Assembly (NCBI GenBank): GCA_038064835.1
Contig: JBBTSD010000011.1
Coordinates: 1,320 to 65,319, forward strand
DNA: 64,000 nt
Direction: 5' to 3'
DNA from: Patescibacteria group bacterium
GTDB lineage: Bacteria > Patescibacteriota > Minisyncoccia > Phycocordibacterales > UBA2100
In this document: positions 29,021-38,802 of the stretch, one piece after another
Position numbering within the stretch: position 1 is the stretch's first letter
Layout of the letters: each line of letters begins with the position of its first letter
Translations under genes and position numbers: made by a program
The notes under the pieces: generated by a model
Told to the model about the DNA's origin: nothing
The model's database searches: none
Seen by the model: only the letters and a program-made list of their open reading frames with translations

Positions 29021-29476
29021 ATGATCACCAAAATCATATCTGGGGGCCAGACTGGTGTAGATCGGGCAGCCCTCAACTTTGCCATTAAGAGCAGTATCGA
29101 TCATGGTGGTTATTGTCCGAAAGGAAGGCGGTCGGAGAGCGGCAGAATCTCGGACAAGTATGATCTGACCGAGACTTCATCGTCCGACTATCGTATGCGC
29201 AACGCAATGAATGTCAGCCACTCGGACGGCACCCTCATCATCACGAGGGGCACACCGAGTGGGGGAACACGGCTTACAATCGAGAATTGTAGGGTTAGGA
29301 GCAAGCCGTGGTTTGTCGTAGATGTTCAGCACAAGCTGAAAGTACAGGAATTTTTCGACTGGGTGCAGACACACAATATCCGTACTCTGAATGTTGCTGG
29401 CCCGCGCGAAAGCAAGCAATCCGGCATAGCAAAAGAAACAAAGCAAGCCCTTACAGAACTTTTCGCCGCCCTCTAG
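29021..29476 (+). CDS. SLOG-superfamily protein (putative molybdenum-cofactor-carrier / YpsA-like nucleotide-binding fold)
   Basis: IISGGQTGVDRAAL...GGYCPKGRRSE.G.I...Y.L.ET.SSDY..RN..NV..SDGTLI...SGGT. Strong SD (aaggagg). Confidence 0.55.
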   Translation: MITKIISGGQTGVDRAALNFAIKSSIDHGGYCPKGRRSESGRISDKYDLTETSSSDYRMRNAMNVSHSDGTLIITRGTPSGGTRLTIENCRVRSKPWFVVDVQHKLKVQEFFDWVQTHNIRTLNVAGPRESKQSGIAKETKQALTELFAAL

Positions 29477-29492
29477 TGGGGCGGTCTTTTCT
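29465..29492 (+). terminator. rho-independent terminator
   Basis: gccgccc...gggcggtc followed by ttttc; overlaps the stop of the SLOG gene. Confidence 0.55.
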
Positions 29493-29501
29493 ATTTCAAC
29501 A

Positions 29502-29536
29502 AATCAATGTTGGACTTCGTAAGTCCAACATTGATT
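29502..29536. repeat. REP family 2 hairpin (aatcaatgttggactt-cgt-aagtccaacattgatt), copy a
   Basis: 16-bp perfect stem with a 3-nt loop, 9 nt downstream of the RAYT-2 stop. Confidence 0.85.
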
Positions 29537-29544
29537 CAATCGCT

Positions 29545-30222
29545 CTACTCAAGGGTAAGTGGGCTAATAATCGATGTGTCCAAATCTTTAATGTACTCTC
29601 GCGCCTCGCGCGCATAATCAGTAAAGACATCCTTGAAAAGCTCTTTTGTCAGTATCGATGGGAAATTTTTTCTACCGCAATAATCCTGATAGCTACTCCA
29701 TTTGTATTCTGAAAGATGTTTCAGAGATTTTGCGCTATTCGCCACGCGCCCTGCACGCCACTCTTTTGCGCCCGTCAAAGTATCGAGGGGATTAAAGTGT
29801 ATGTAGTTAAGAATATGTAAAAAGTGCGCATCGTTTTTGATAAGTACTTTTTTTGTTCGCCCCTGAAAAAGACCTCCACTTCGCGTGTACCTTTCGTTAA
29901 AATATTTTGCATAGCCAATGTTGAGCTTTCTAAGAAACTTGGTGAGCCCTCCTTCGGCTCGTTCTGAAAGAAGGAGATGATAGTGATTCCCCATAAGACA
30001 CCACCCGTGAATATCTACAACCATTTTCCGTGGTCGCGCCAATGTTGGACTTCGTAAGTCCAACATTGGTGACGACCCTTTGAACCTGCGATGATTGTCT
30101 GCAGGGGCCGGAGTCACATCATTGAATATGTAAAGACCGTGGATAAAACGAGCTCGATCTTGGTCATCCATAAAGATGGACCGTTTCTCCACCCCGCGAT
30201 TCAACACATGATATAGTTCCAT
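29545..30222 (-). CDS. REP-associated tyrosine transposase (IS200-like Y1/HUH) RAYT-2
   Basis: MELYHVLNRGVEKRSIF..., HUH motif GNHYHLLL, catalytic region LFQGRTKK. The track ORF (to 30441) reads through the upstream REP. Contains an in-frame REP2 (codons MLDLRSPTL). Confidence 0.8.
   Translation of the reverse strand: MELYHVLNRGVEKRSIFMDDQDRARFIHGLYIFNDVTPAPADNHRRFKGSSPMLDLRSPTLARPRKMVVDIHGWCLMGNHYHLLLSERAEGGLTKFLRKLNIGYAKYFNERYTRSGGLFQGRTKKVLIKNDAHFLHILNYIHFNPLDTLTGAKEWRAGRVANSAKSLKHLSEYKWSSYQDYCGRKNFPSILTKELFKDVFTDYAREAREYIKDLDTSIISPLTLE
30039..30069. repeat. REP family 2, copy b (inside the RAYT-2 coding sequence, in frame)
   Basis: ccaatgttggacttcgtaagtccaacattgg. Confidence 0.85.
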
Positions 30223-30234
30223 CTCGTTATTATA

Positions 30235-30265
30235 CCTATGTTGGACTTCGTAAGTCCAACATAGG
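30235..30265. repeat. REP family 2, copy c (5' UTR side of RAYT-2)
   Basis: cctatgttggacttcgtaagtccaacatagg. Confidence 0.85.
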
Positions 30266-30335
30266 CCCAATGAGCATTTCTGCTTGACCGTTTTGCACTC
30301 TTCCTGTATCCCTAAAGTAGAGAAGGAGAAAGATA

Positions 30336-31058
30336 ATGGTAGACGAGACTCGCCCCAACCTCCTGGTAGTGATTCGCCACGCCGAATCCGCACGAAATGA
30401 CGCGAAAAAAGGTTCGGTGTATTTTGCGGACGACGCGGCACGCGAACGCGTTCGTGGCATTCCGGATCACAAGGTTCCGATTACACCTCTCGGAGTTCGC
30501 CAATCCATCCGCACAGGCATCGCTCTGCGTGAACGGTTTGGCATTCCCGATTATCTGTATCACTCAGGCTATTTGCGGACCATGCATACCGCAAAACTCA
30601 TCCTGGATGCGTACACACCCAATGAGCGAGAGTGTATTCAGGTACGATCAAACCCATTCATCCGTGAGCGCGATCCTGGGTATACATATGATATGACCAA
30701 GGAGGAAGCCGAAGGAAATTTCCCCTGGCTCAAGGAACACTGGGAAACATTTGGTGGCTTCTTTGCACGACCGCCAGGTGGCGAAAGCCTGGCTGACACC
30801 GCAAATCGCGTCTACACATTCCTCAATATGCTCTTTCGTGATCGGCGTGGGCAGAAGGTATTTGTAGTCACTCACGGCGGAACTATTCGCGGATTTCGAT
30901 TCCATTTGGAACGGTGGGATTTCGAACGCGCCTTGCGGTGGGCACCCGAAGAATCGCCACATAATTGTGGCGTGACGACCTACCAATTCGACCAAACACG
31001 CGGCCGACTTGCATTGGTTGAATATAATACCCTTTTGTTTACCGACACTCTCAACTAA
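30336..31058 (+). CDS. histidine phosphatase (phosphoglycerate-mutase-like) family protein
   Basis: LLVVIRHAESARND (RHG motif) ... VVTHGGTIRG. SD gaaggag. Confidence 0.8.
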   Translation: MVDETRPNLLVVIRHAESARNDAKKGSVYFADDAARERVRGIPDHKVPITPLGVRQSIRTGIALRERFGIPDYLYHSGYLRTMHTAKLILDAYTPNERECIQVRSNPFIRERDPGYTYDMTKEEAEGNFPWLKEHWETFGGFFARPPGGESLADTANRVYTFLNMLFRDRRGQKVFVVTHGGTIRGFRFHLERWDFERALRWAPEESPHNCGVTTYQFDQTRGRLALVEYNTLLFTDTLN

Positions 31059-31218
31059 TACCATCGACAAGTAAGGTCTGAACAAAAGTCTTAGAAAATT
31101 GTGGGTATGGCGAAGAAGAAAAAAATGAAATATATCCGCAGATACATTGAGATTTTTTCTTCGAGCTATAGCCATAATTTTCAAGACTTGGTGTTCAGAG
31201 ATTAGTTGGAGATGGTAT
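31058..31218 (+). mobile_element. MITE-like structured repeat, copy 2
   Basis: Starts at the last base of the upstream stop codon. Followed by two small hairpins (gagaaggtcagaccttctc; aacctcctgacaatgtcaggaggtt). Confidence 0.8.
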
Positions 31219-31289
31219 AATTGAGAAGGTCAGACCTTCTCAATAAAACCTCCTGACAATGTCAGGAGGTTTTGCTATACTCAATCTCT

Positions 31290-31769
31290 ATGAAAAAATA
31301 TCTCCCCTGGGTTGCTGGCCTAGTTGGTATTGTGGTGTTGCTCTCTTGGGGGCGTCTGAACCCACCGCAGGACATCTTTTGGAAAGATACAAAAATCGCC
31401 TGTTTGCCTAACGGTCATGCCAATCTAGCCCTGCACATACACCCTGATTTGCAAATCCTTGTTGATGGCGTTGCTGAAAAAGTCCCCGCCCACATCGGCG
31501 ACACCCCTTCATGCATGACTGAAGTCCACACTCATGACGACACTGGAAAAATTCATGCCGAAGCAACTACTGCAAACAAAACATTTACACTTGCCGACTT
31601 CTTTGCAGTCTGGGGCACATCTATCGAACGCCCGGGGTATACACTCACTGCGACAATAGATGGCACGCCGGAGACAAACCCTTCTGCGCTCACCCTAAAG
31701 GACGGACAGAAAATTGTCCTCGCCTATACCAAGACCATTGACACCTCTTTAATTGCACCGCAAAACTAA
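31290..31769 (+). CDS. membrane-anchored His-rich hypothetical protein
   Basis: N-terminal TM, then HIHPDLQILVDGVAEKVPAHIG....C..EVHTHDDTGKIH. No confident family. Confidence 0.45.
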   Translation: MKKYLPWVAGLVGIVVLLSWGRLNPPQDIFWKDTKIACLPNGHANLALHIHPDLQILVDGVAEKVPAHIGDTPSCMTEVHTHDDTGKIHAEATTANKTFTLADFFAVWGTSIERPGYTLTATIDGTPETNPSALTLKDGQKIVLAYTKTIDTSLIAPQN

Positions 31770-31783
31770 CGCTCTCCGAAAAC

Positions 31784-32302
31784 CTAACTGCAACTCAACC
31801 CAATTTTTGTCTCCTCTTCGTGTGAGATAAACATGTAGTGGATGACAAGCGATTCATCGTGCCTGCCTATGTGTACATGATCGTATCGAGATGGTTTCGT
31901 AAAACCAAGAAAATCGTCACGCAGTTCCATTCCATCATCCTTGTCACCAACTGGTCGCTCGGTGATTTTAGATTCAGGAATTTCATATTCGATTGCAACA
32001 ATACGATGTGCATAGACGCCGTAGACGGGGCCGCCTGCGGCGGCCCCGCTTGGCGTCGCCCAATGTTCCATCTCGGGGCGTACTTCACCATCATCCGTGT
32101 ATTGCACTGGGTGATGATGCTCAATCCGCATCACACCCAGTGGAAGGTCGTCGACAGTGAGAACCAGTATCTTTTTTGGTACGACATACCCCCAGCTCGC
32201 ATACCCCACAAGGATACTCAGCACTATCACGAGCACTACCATTGTGTGATGCCGCGATGCCGAAGAGACAACTTTTCGTATCCCGCTCATATCATTTAGC
32301 AA
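31784..32302 (-). CDS. membrane-anchored His-rich hypothetical protein (convergent with previous)
   Basis: N-terminal TM; IEHHHPVQYTDDGE ... YDHVHIGRHDE. Confidence 0.4.
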   Translation of the reverse strand: MLNDMSGIRKVVSSASRHHTMVVLVIVLSILVGYASWGYVVPKKILVLTVDDLPLGVMRIEHHHPVQYTDDGEVRPEMEHWATPSGAAAGGPVYGVYAHRIVAIEYEIPESKITERPVGDKDDGMELRDDFLGFTKPSRYDHVHIGRHDESLVIHYMFISHEEETKIGLSCS

Positions 32303-34505
32303 CGCGTTCTGCTTCTTCTAATTTAACCGAGAGGAGGCGAGAAACGCCGTCGGAACCCATGGTCACTCCATATAGTTCTCCTGCGGCACTCATGGTGGCG
32401 CGGTTATGGGTAATGATAATAAGCTGACTGCGATTACTGAGAATCGTAATCATATCTGCATAGCGTTTGCTATTTGCCTCGTCGAGTGCGGCGTCAGTCT
32501 CGTCGAGAATCAAAAATGGCGGCGGATTCACTTGCGACATTGCAAAAATCATAGCAATCGAAGTGAGCGCTCGCTCGCCACCCGAAAGCACCTCGAGTCC
32601 GCGCACCTTTTTGCGCGGCAATTGCACTGCGACCGTGAGCCCCGCCACTACATCTTCGTCCGAAGTGGCCTCTGCCACCACCTCCTCGCCCAACTCTTCA
32701 GCGAGCACCTCGCGCTCGCGAATCGGTTTTTCAAGCTCAAGTCGCGCAGAACCACCGCTAAAAAGCTTTTCAAAAAATGTCTGCAAAGCCTGATTGATAT
32801 GGACCAGACCTTCGGTAAATCGTTCGTCCATCTGTGCATCTAATTGTTCGATAATGGTTCGTAGGTTGATGCTCGATTGTGAAAGGTCCGCAAGCTCGCG
32901 CGCAAGAAATTCGTCACGATCCCGTGTTTGATTGTATTCTTTCACCACTTCATTTCCTGTACCCCCTCCCCCATATTCTTCGATTTTTATTTTCAGCCGC
33001 TCAAGCGCGCGCCGTCGTTCGGATTGCATAGAACGATCTTCGGAAAGTGCTCCTTCCGGCATCTCTTGTTTGTCCCACGCATGCACAGCGGCACCGACAA
33101 GCGCAATCCCTTCGCGCACTTCGGCCTCGAATGCCTCGCGAGCAGCCACGCCGTCACTCCGTTTGTGCATACATCGCTGAAGAGAGCCTTCCAACTCCCT
33201 CTTTCTCCCTGAAAACGAGAGGAGCGCCCGCTCGGCCTCGTGGTGTGCCTCGCGCTCGTGTGCCATCCGCGTGCGAACATCCATAAGAGCCCGCTCCAAC
33301 TCACTTTCGCGCTCTTGAGCAACTTGCATCTGTCCAGAGAGTTCATGTACACGCGTGAGCGCCGCCCGTTCAGCCTGTGGATCACCGCCATCACCCCTAT
33401 TTGTTCGAGCAATAAAATGACGAACTGTCTCCCGCGCATGGTGCAGGGCATTACGCAGAGCATCATTACTTTCTGCAGCGATAGCTTGTTCGATATCCTG
33501 TGCAACAGCCTCAGCAAACACGACAGCATCCGCCCGAGGAATGCTGTTTTCTGGTGCCGGGTGATGGCGCGAGGCCTCGAGCGCCCCTTCCGCCCGCCCC
33601 AACTCTCGTGCCAATTCTTCATGTGCCCGACGAACGACAATCAGCTGATGATGCAAAGATTCCATCTCCTTCTGATTTTCGGCACCACCTTCTTCCCTTA
33701 CCCGCATGCCTTCCGCGACCCGGATCTGCTCTGCAACCGTACCCAACTCAACTCGTATTCCCTCTTCTTCCTCTTTTGACTGCGTGTCTTGAGTCGTTAT
33801 CCATGCGTGTTCCCTCGCCAAGTAATCAGCCAATCTTACCGCAAGCTCGTCCTTCATTTCTTTTGCTTTCTCAATCTTCTCGACTTGTTTCCCCAGAAAC
33901 TTTAAGTGCGGAGCGAGCTCTCGTCGTAAAGATTCGACTTTTTCGATATTTTCCTCGGTCGTTTCTAATTTGCGCTCGCTTTCTGCTTTTTTGTGCTGAT
34001 AGAGCTTGAGACCCAAAGCGTCTTCTACCATCTCCCGCCGTTCGCGGGGTGATGCATTCAAAATACGATCAGCTTCGCCTTGTGAAATAATTTGATACCC
34101 AGACCCTCCGATATTCGCTCCTGCCAAGAGGCGCACTACATCTTTCAGACGCACCTGTGTCCCGTTCATCAGATATTCGTTCTGCCCATCACGAAACACA
34201 ATTCGCTCGAGCACCACTTCGGTAAAATCAACATCGAGCCTCCGTGTCGCATTATCAAAAACGACCTTGACGGACGCACGGTTCATCCGAGGCAGTGCGT
34301 GCGAGCCACCCCATATCAAATCTTCGCCCTTACGACTGCGCAAAGACTTCATCGACTGCTCACCCAAGACAAACCGCAAGGCTTCGGCGACATTACTCTT
34401 GCCGGATCCATTAGGACCCACAATGGCCGAGACTTTCGAGGTAAACACGAGCTCGCTCTTTTTACCGAACGATTTAAACCCATTGAGCTCGACTGAGCGA
34501 AGCAT
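32292..34505 (-). CDS. smc: SMC-family chromosome segregation ATPase, short form (737 aa)
   Basis: N-terminal Walker A (AIVGPNGSGKSNV), long coiled coils, C-terminal signature LSGGERALTSIAMIFAM...LILDETDAALD. Confidence 0.8.
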   Translation of the reverse strand: MLRSVELNGFKSFGKKSELVFTSKVSAIVGPNGSGKSNVAEALRFVLGEQSMKSLRSRKGEDLIWGGSHALPRMNRASVKVVFDNATRRLDVDFTEVVLERIVFRDGQNEYLMNGTQVRLKDVVRLLAGANIGGSGYQIISQGEADRILNASPRERREMVEDALGLKLYQHKKAESERKLETTEENIEKVESLRRELAPHLKFLGKQVEKIEKAKEMKDELAVRLADYLAREHAWITTQDTQSKEEEEGIRVELGTVAEQIRVAEGMRVREEGGAENQKEMESLHHQLIVVRRAHEELARELGRAEGALEASRHHPAPENSIPRADAVVFAEAVAQDIEQAIAAESNDALRNALHHARETVRHFIARTNRGDGGDPQAERAALTRVHELSGQMQVAQERESELERALMDVRTRMAHEREAHHEAERALLSFSGRKRELEGSLQRCMHKRSDGVAAREAFEAEVREGIALVGAAVHAWDKQEMPEGALSEDRSMQSERRRALERLKIKIEEYGGGGTGNEVVKEYNQTRDRDEFLARELADLSQSSINLRTIIEQLDAQMDERFTEGLVHINQALQTFFEKLFSGGSARLELEKPIREREVLAEELGEEVVAEATSDEDVVAGLTVAVQLPRKKVRGLEVLSGGERALTSIAMIFAMSQVNPPPFLILDETDAALDEANSKRYADMITILSNRSQLIIITHNRATMSAAGELYGVTMGSDGVSRLLSVKLEEAERVAK

Positions 34506-34524
34506 CGCTCTATTGTACTACAGC

Positions 34525-34685
34525 ATACCGCCGACAATTAAGATCTGAACAAAAGTCGCAGAAAATGACGACTGTGGCGAAGGAGAAAAAAGTGAACTAT
34601 ATCAGTAGATACAGTAAGCTTTTTTCTCCGAGCCATGGGTGTCATTTTCAAGACTTGGTGTTCAGAGGTTAATGGGAGGGGGTAT
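34525..34685 (+). mobile_element. MITE-like structured repeat, copy 3 (most divergent; compensatory stem changes)
   Basis: ataccgccgacaattaagatctgaac...gttcagaggttaatgggagggggtat. Confidence 0.75.
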
Positions 34686-34788
34686 GAGTATCCTCATTTA
34701 CTCCCCCATCGATTCATGGTGTCCCCAACGCATCTGTGGATAAGGTGGAGGGCACATCGTGTATTAAAGGTACAATCCATGCATACTT

Positions 34789-37700
34789 ATGCCAGAAAGT
34801 CGGCCATCTTTTACCGCTCGTTCGGAACACCGCGACAAGCTCTTTGTCGGTGGCGCATTCGACGCCGAGGGCAAGCTCACACCATTTGAAGTTGATGGCT
34901 CTACCTACTACGCAGGCGATTTGATGTCGCCCATGGCTTCGATATGCAATCTCTTCCGCGACGCAAAACTTGACCGGGCCACAACTCCCCTCGCTTCGGG
35001 TCCCAACTTTGATACCGCACTCACTGATCAATTGAAAGAAAAAAGAGAGGAGATTGAACGCATACACTTCCCGCTATTTAAACGAGCAATCGAACATTGG
35101 TTTGGCCCAGAGGCAGCCGAAGAAATCACCCTCGAGGGAGTCTACAAAGCATTCCGCTTTGTTGCCGAAGGAGGCAGGACCCCTCAACTTTTTTCTGATT
35201 CTCTCGTCAGAATAACAGACATGCCAGTCCTCGGCACACCCGCCGACCTTAGAAACGCCGCCGACATTATCGCCAACAGCCGCGAACTTGAGCGCCTGGT
35301 GGCGATTATTAACGAAACCAATGGCGACCCGTTTACCACTGGCAAGAGCCGCACCGTTGCCGAGCGCGACCTTCTCCCACCGGTACTCACGGAAATAGAA
35401 AATCTTTTGAAACAACGAAAGGCTATCCCTGCAGACGCGGTACTGTGGGGAAACAAAGCTCCAAGTCTCAAGGCACTCACCGATCTATTAAACGGGGCGC
35501 GAGATACGGCCGGATCCGGACTCACCGCCGTCACCGAGCGTATTCTCCAAAAGACCTATCCTGCCGTAGCTCCTGGCGAAAAATCTGTAAATCTCCGCAC
35601 CTTGCTACTCACCAAATTTGGCCGGTACGAACTCATGCCGGATTCTCTCGTCCTCCCTCTTGAAGCAACTCAGCGCTTTTACCAAGGACGCATCTTTAAA
35701 GAACCTGACGCACTTGTGTTGGATGGAACATTCAAACGAGCCGGACGCAGTGGCGACTGGGATACTATCGGCAAACCCCTGAGTCGCATCATGGTGCTTA
35801 CCTCAAAGCAATACGGGGAACTTCTTGACGAAGACGATGCGGCTGCAAAACCCGAGGCTCGGCAAGCCGAGCTTGCAGGAGAAGTGGAAACTCTTCGGAA
35901 TAAAATGGGGCAACTTTTGCAATTTATCCCGATAAAAGTCGGTGATCGCAACCTAGACCCCGCCGATACACTTGCCCAGAAAGACGCAATCGTTTCACTT
36001 CTCAAAAACCTCTCTAGTGAATCCGTTCTTGGTGCAATGAAGCGCGCAGAAGCGCGACTTAAAAAGAAGAAAGGCGCCTCCGAAGCGCCACGCACAATGC
36101 AGCCTGATGAAGCACCTGAGCCTGCAGACGACTTTATGAAGATGCAGCAGTTGTTCACCGAAGAATTGTTCACCGAACTCAAGTCTGATGATGGGAAATC
36201 ATTCATGGACATCGTAACCGCCATCACCGGCGGACGCGTCACTAAATTTTATGTGGCAGGAGCATGGCGTGATGGCGACCTTGCGCGCGACCTCGAGGCT
36301 GCCGACCTCGAGTACGATGTGGGGCCAAAGCGCCTTGCTGTCGATGGTTTTGTAAATACCATCCCAGGGATCGTCCGCGAGAACCTATCCGATTTGTGCA
36401 CCGAGTGCACCCCCGAAGAACTGGGGGCTGTCCGCCTTGCCGGGCTTGCTGTGCACGAGCTTGCTATTGGCCTGCGTATGGAACGGCAGAAAGTAGATAA
36501 TGTCCGAGCCGAAGATACGGCAAATTTGGTCGGAGAAGAATATCCGGATGCCTTCCGAAAACTTTTTGCATACAAACTGATGCGCCCTCCCCGCCCGTCA
36601 CTGGTCATCCCCGATCGATTAACTGACGACAATGGCGAGTATACCGAGACCGAGGAAGCACATCGTGCTCGCGTAGCACAGGCCATCGAAGATCAAGGCC
36701 AGGCTTACGAGCGTATGCTTGCCGACTTTCGTCAACAACAACGAGCCACTGTATTTGATCATCTCCGAAAACTTGTTCGCGTCATGGACGAGCCTGCAAA
36801 AAACCTGGGCGGTATATTCGTGGGCACACTCAACACAAACCGCATACTACCTCGCCCACCCAAAGGAAAGACCCTCCGCGACCTCATCAAAGCAAAGATT
36901 GACGAGATTCGAGTGCGCGCCCCCGATGCCGAGGCCGAAACCCCCGTTGAGCGACCCTCTTACCAAGTATTTGACTTTGACGCGAAACCTGGAAAATGGA
37001 TGCAACCTCCAACTGAAACAATTGAGCAAATCGAAAGTCTTGAAAATAAAATCGAAAGTGTGATGATACGCATGCAGGAGTTCCAGAGGAAAGCGTTTGA
37101 AATTCAATCTCGCATCGCTTCCGGTATTGATTTAGCTCTTGCCGGAAAAGCATTCGAAGTGCTTGATAGTGAATTCGCTACCTATATTCGCTCCGACATC
37201 AATGATATCTATGGATCGGGTGGGAACCCTCTAAAAGGCACCGACAGCACCCTTCAGCATTTCCGGAATGCCAAGCTCGGCTCGCTTGTAAATCGTGCGA
37301 CCCGCCACCTGTTAGATCAATTTGATTTGATGGCATCTGGCCGTGATGAAATTCAAGACAGAATCGACAAAACCCGCGATATGCTCAGCCAGGGACTCTT
37401 GCGTGAGCGTCGCGCAGCACTGCAGAGGGTTCTTATCGACTCTGGTGCTGATAAGCCAAAACATGTTTTGGAGGAGATTCAAGATATTGATAGTCGCATG
37501 CAGGCACACCGTCGCGCTGACCGCCTGTCAAAAGAAGCTGCCAAGATTTTCGAGAACCTTCGCAGACTCAAGGTTGAGCATGCTCTTTTATTACGGACCC
37601 AGACAGAGGGTCGTGAAGTTTCCTCAGATGAAATACTCGCTATAAAGACACAAGTAGATCGCGCTGAAAATGTCTTGCAAGAAAAACGAGATGCTGCCAT

Positions 37701-38004
37701 TCGAGCAAGGAAAGAAGCCGTCAAACCCGTCTCTGCACGAACCGCACCTGAGCGCACGCGCAGTATGGCTCCCACATCCGAAACGCCGGCAACCAGCGAT
37801 CAGCTTGCACGCGCACTTGAGCGTAGCCGATTACAGGGCGATCTTAACCGACTCCAGCTCTCTGCCGCTGAACTCGCAGGACGCATCGTGCAAAACCCCG
37901 ATGACGAATCACTACGGACCGCACTCGATAACCTCATCGGCCAAATGGAAGATGTGGAGCAGAAAATTGATGCAGTATTAACAACGCCCGCGGACCAAAT
38001 ATAG
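34789..38004 (+). CDS. large hypothetical protein (1071 aa), acidic, coiled-coil-rich, no TM
   Basis: Long uninterrupted ORF with no recognisable motifs. First gene of a tightly packed three-gene unit. Confidence 0.6.
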   Translation: MPESRPSFTARSEHRDKLFVGGAFDAEGKLTPFEVDGSTYYAGDLMSPMASICNLFRDAKLDRATTPLASGPNFDTALTDQLKEKREEIERIHFPLFKRAIEHWFGPEAAEEITLEGVYKAFRFVAEGGRTPQLFSDSLVRITDMPVLGTPADLRNAADIIANSRELERLVAIINETNGDPFTTGKSRTVAERDLLPPVLTEIENLLKQRKAIPADAVLWGNKAPSLKALTDLLNGARDTAGSGLTAVTERILQKTYPAVAPGEKSVNLRTLLLTKFGRYELMPDSLVLPLEATQRFYQGRIFKEPDALVLDGTFKRAGRSGDWDTIGKPLSRIMVLTSKQYGELLDEDDAAAKPEARQAELAGEVETLRNKMGQLLQFIPIKVGDRNLDPADTLAQKDAIVSLLKNLSSESVLGAMKRAEARLKKKKGASEAPRTMQPDEAPEPADDFMKMQQLFTEELFTELKSDDGKSFMDIVTAITGGRVTKFYVAGAWRDGDLARDLEAADLEYDVGPKRLAVDGFVNTIPGIVRENLSDLCTECTPEELGAVRLAGLAVHELAIGLRMERQKVDNVRAEDTANLVGEEYPDAFRKLFAYKLMRPPRPSLVIPDRLTDDNGEYTETEEAHRARVAQAIEDQGQAYERMLADFRQQQRATVFDHLRKLVRVMDEPAKNLGGIFVGTLNTNRILPRPPKGKTLRDLIKAKIDEIRVRAPDAEAETPVERPSYQVFDFDAKPGKWMQPPTETIEQIESLENKIESVMIRMQEFQRKAFEIQSRIASGIDLALAGKAFEVLDSEFATYIRSDINDIYGSGGNPLKGTDSTLQHFRNAKLGSLVNRATRHLLDQFDLMASGRDEIQDRIDKTRDMLSQGLLRERRAALQRVLIDSGADKPKHVLEEIQDIDSRMQAHRRADRLSKEAAKIFENLRRLKVEHALLLRTQTEGREVSSDEILAIKTQVDRAENVLQEKRDAAIRARKEAVKPVSARTAPERTRSMAPTSETPATSDQLARALERSRLQGDLNRLQLSAAELAGRIVQNPDDESLRTALDNLIGQMEDVEQKIDAVLTTPADQI

Positions 38005-38006
38005 CT

Positions 38007-38786
38007 ATGAAACCTTCCGAAAAATGGCGAGCATTGGCCGAATCTCTTCCTCGAAGCGGTTCTGCCTCTGCACCCACCGTGGCACCTATTAGCGATGGTG
38101 CCGTCAGCGCTCTTGAGGCTCGCGTTGCCGAATTGAACAATCGGTTAAGAACCCAGGAACAAGAACTTGTCACTGCAAACGATATGGCCCTTGCAAGCGT
38201 CACTGATGAAATGAACCAGCGGCTTGGCGCGCTTACCAAACAATTGGAAGATGCGCGTCGTGACTTGGCAGAAGCGGAACTGGCACGAGACCGAGCAAAT
38301 ACTGCTCTTGATACCGAAAACAAGCCGAATATGTCTGCTGCACCCGCGCCCGCTCTTGTTGCGGCAGGGGCCAGGATTGCCAGCCTTGAGGCAGATCTTG
38401 CGGAGGCAAAAAAGGCACCTACACCATCAGCAATGCCCTCCACAGGGGAAGACCCACGCGTCGCAGACCTTTTGGACCAACTAAGTCGAAACGAAAAGTT
38501 GCGCGAAGAACAGGCAGAGGTTATTGGTCGCATGTACACTGAAATTGATGGCCTTCGGGGAGAAAACGAGCTTGCCCAAGAAATTCTTTCAGTTGTCTTG
38601 TATGAAAGCATGCAGAGTATCGCCAATCGCCTGCCCACACTCGTCCAAGAGCTTCGTGCAAAACCTGATCAAACAATTACCCCTGCCGACATCTTGCGTC
38701 TCCTGATGGCTGATCCAAAGCTTTCCGAAGAGCGCAAGGATGTGGTCCGAGCAGTGTTCACAGAAAACGGCAGTCCGATTATTTAA
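38007..38786 (+). CDS. coiled-coil hypothetical protein (259 aa)
   Basis: 3-nt gap after the previous gene; heptad-like Ala/Glu/Leu-rich sequence. Confidence 0.55.
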   Translation: MKPSEKWRALAESLPRSGSASAPTVAPISDGAVSALEARVAELNNRLRTQEQELVTANDMALASVTDEMNQRLGALTKQLEDARRDLAEAELARDRANTALDTENKPNMSAAPAPALVAAGARIASLEADLAEAKKAPTPSAMPSTGEDPRVADLLDQLSRNEKLREEQAEVIGRMYTEIDGLRGENELAQEILSVVLYESMQSIANRLPTLVQELRAKPDQTITPADILRLLMADPKLSEERKDVVRAVFTENGSPII

Positions 38787-38802
38787 TAGTTTTTGATTAC
38801 TT

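Noticed and set aside
30236-30441. N-terminal extension of the RAYT-2 track ORF (MPRRPQNTPNLF...)
   Set aside because: It reads through REP2 copy c and overlaps the start of the divergent histidine-phosphatase gene. The RAYT N-terminus MELYHVLNRG at 30222 fits family alignments.
33240-34009. Plus-strand ORFs (179, 169 aa) inside smc, and minus-strand ORFs 35679..36686 inside the giant gene
   Set aside because: They are antisense to long, motif-supported ORFs and have low-complexity translations.
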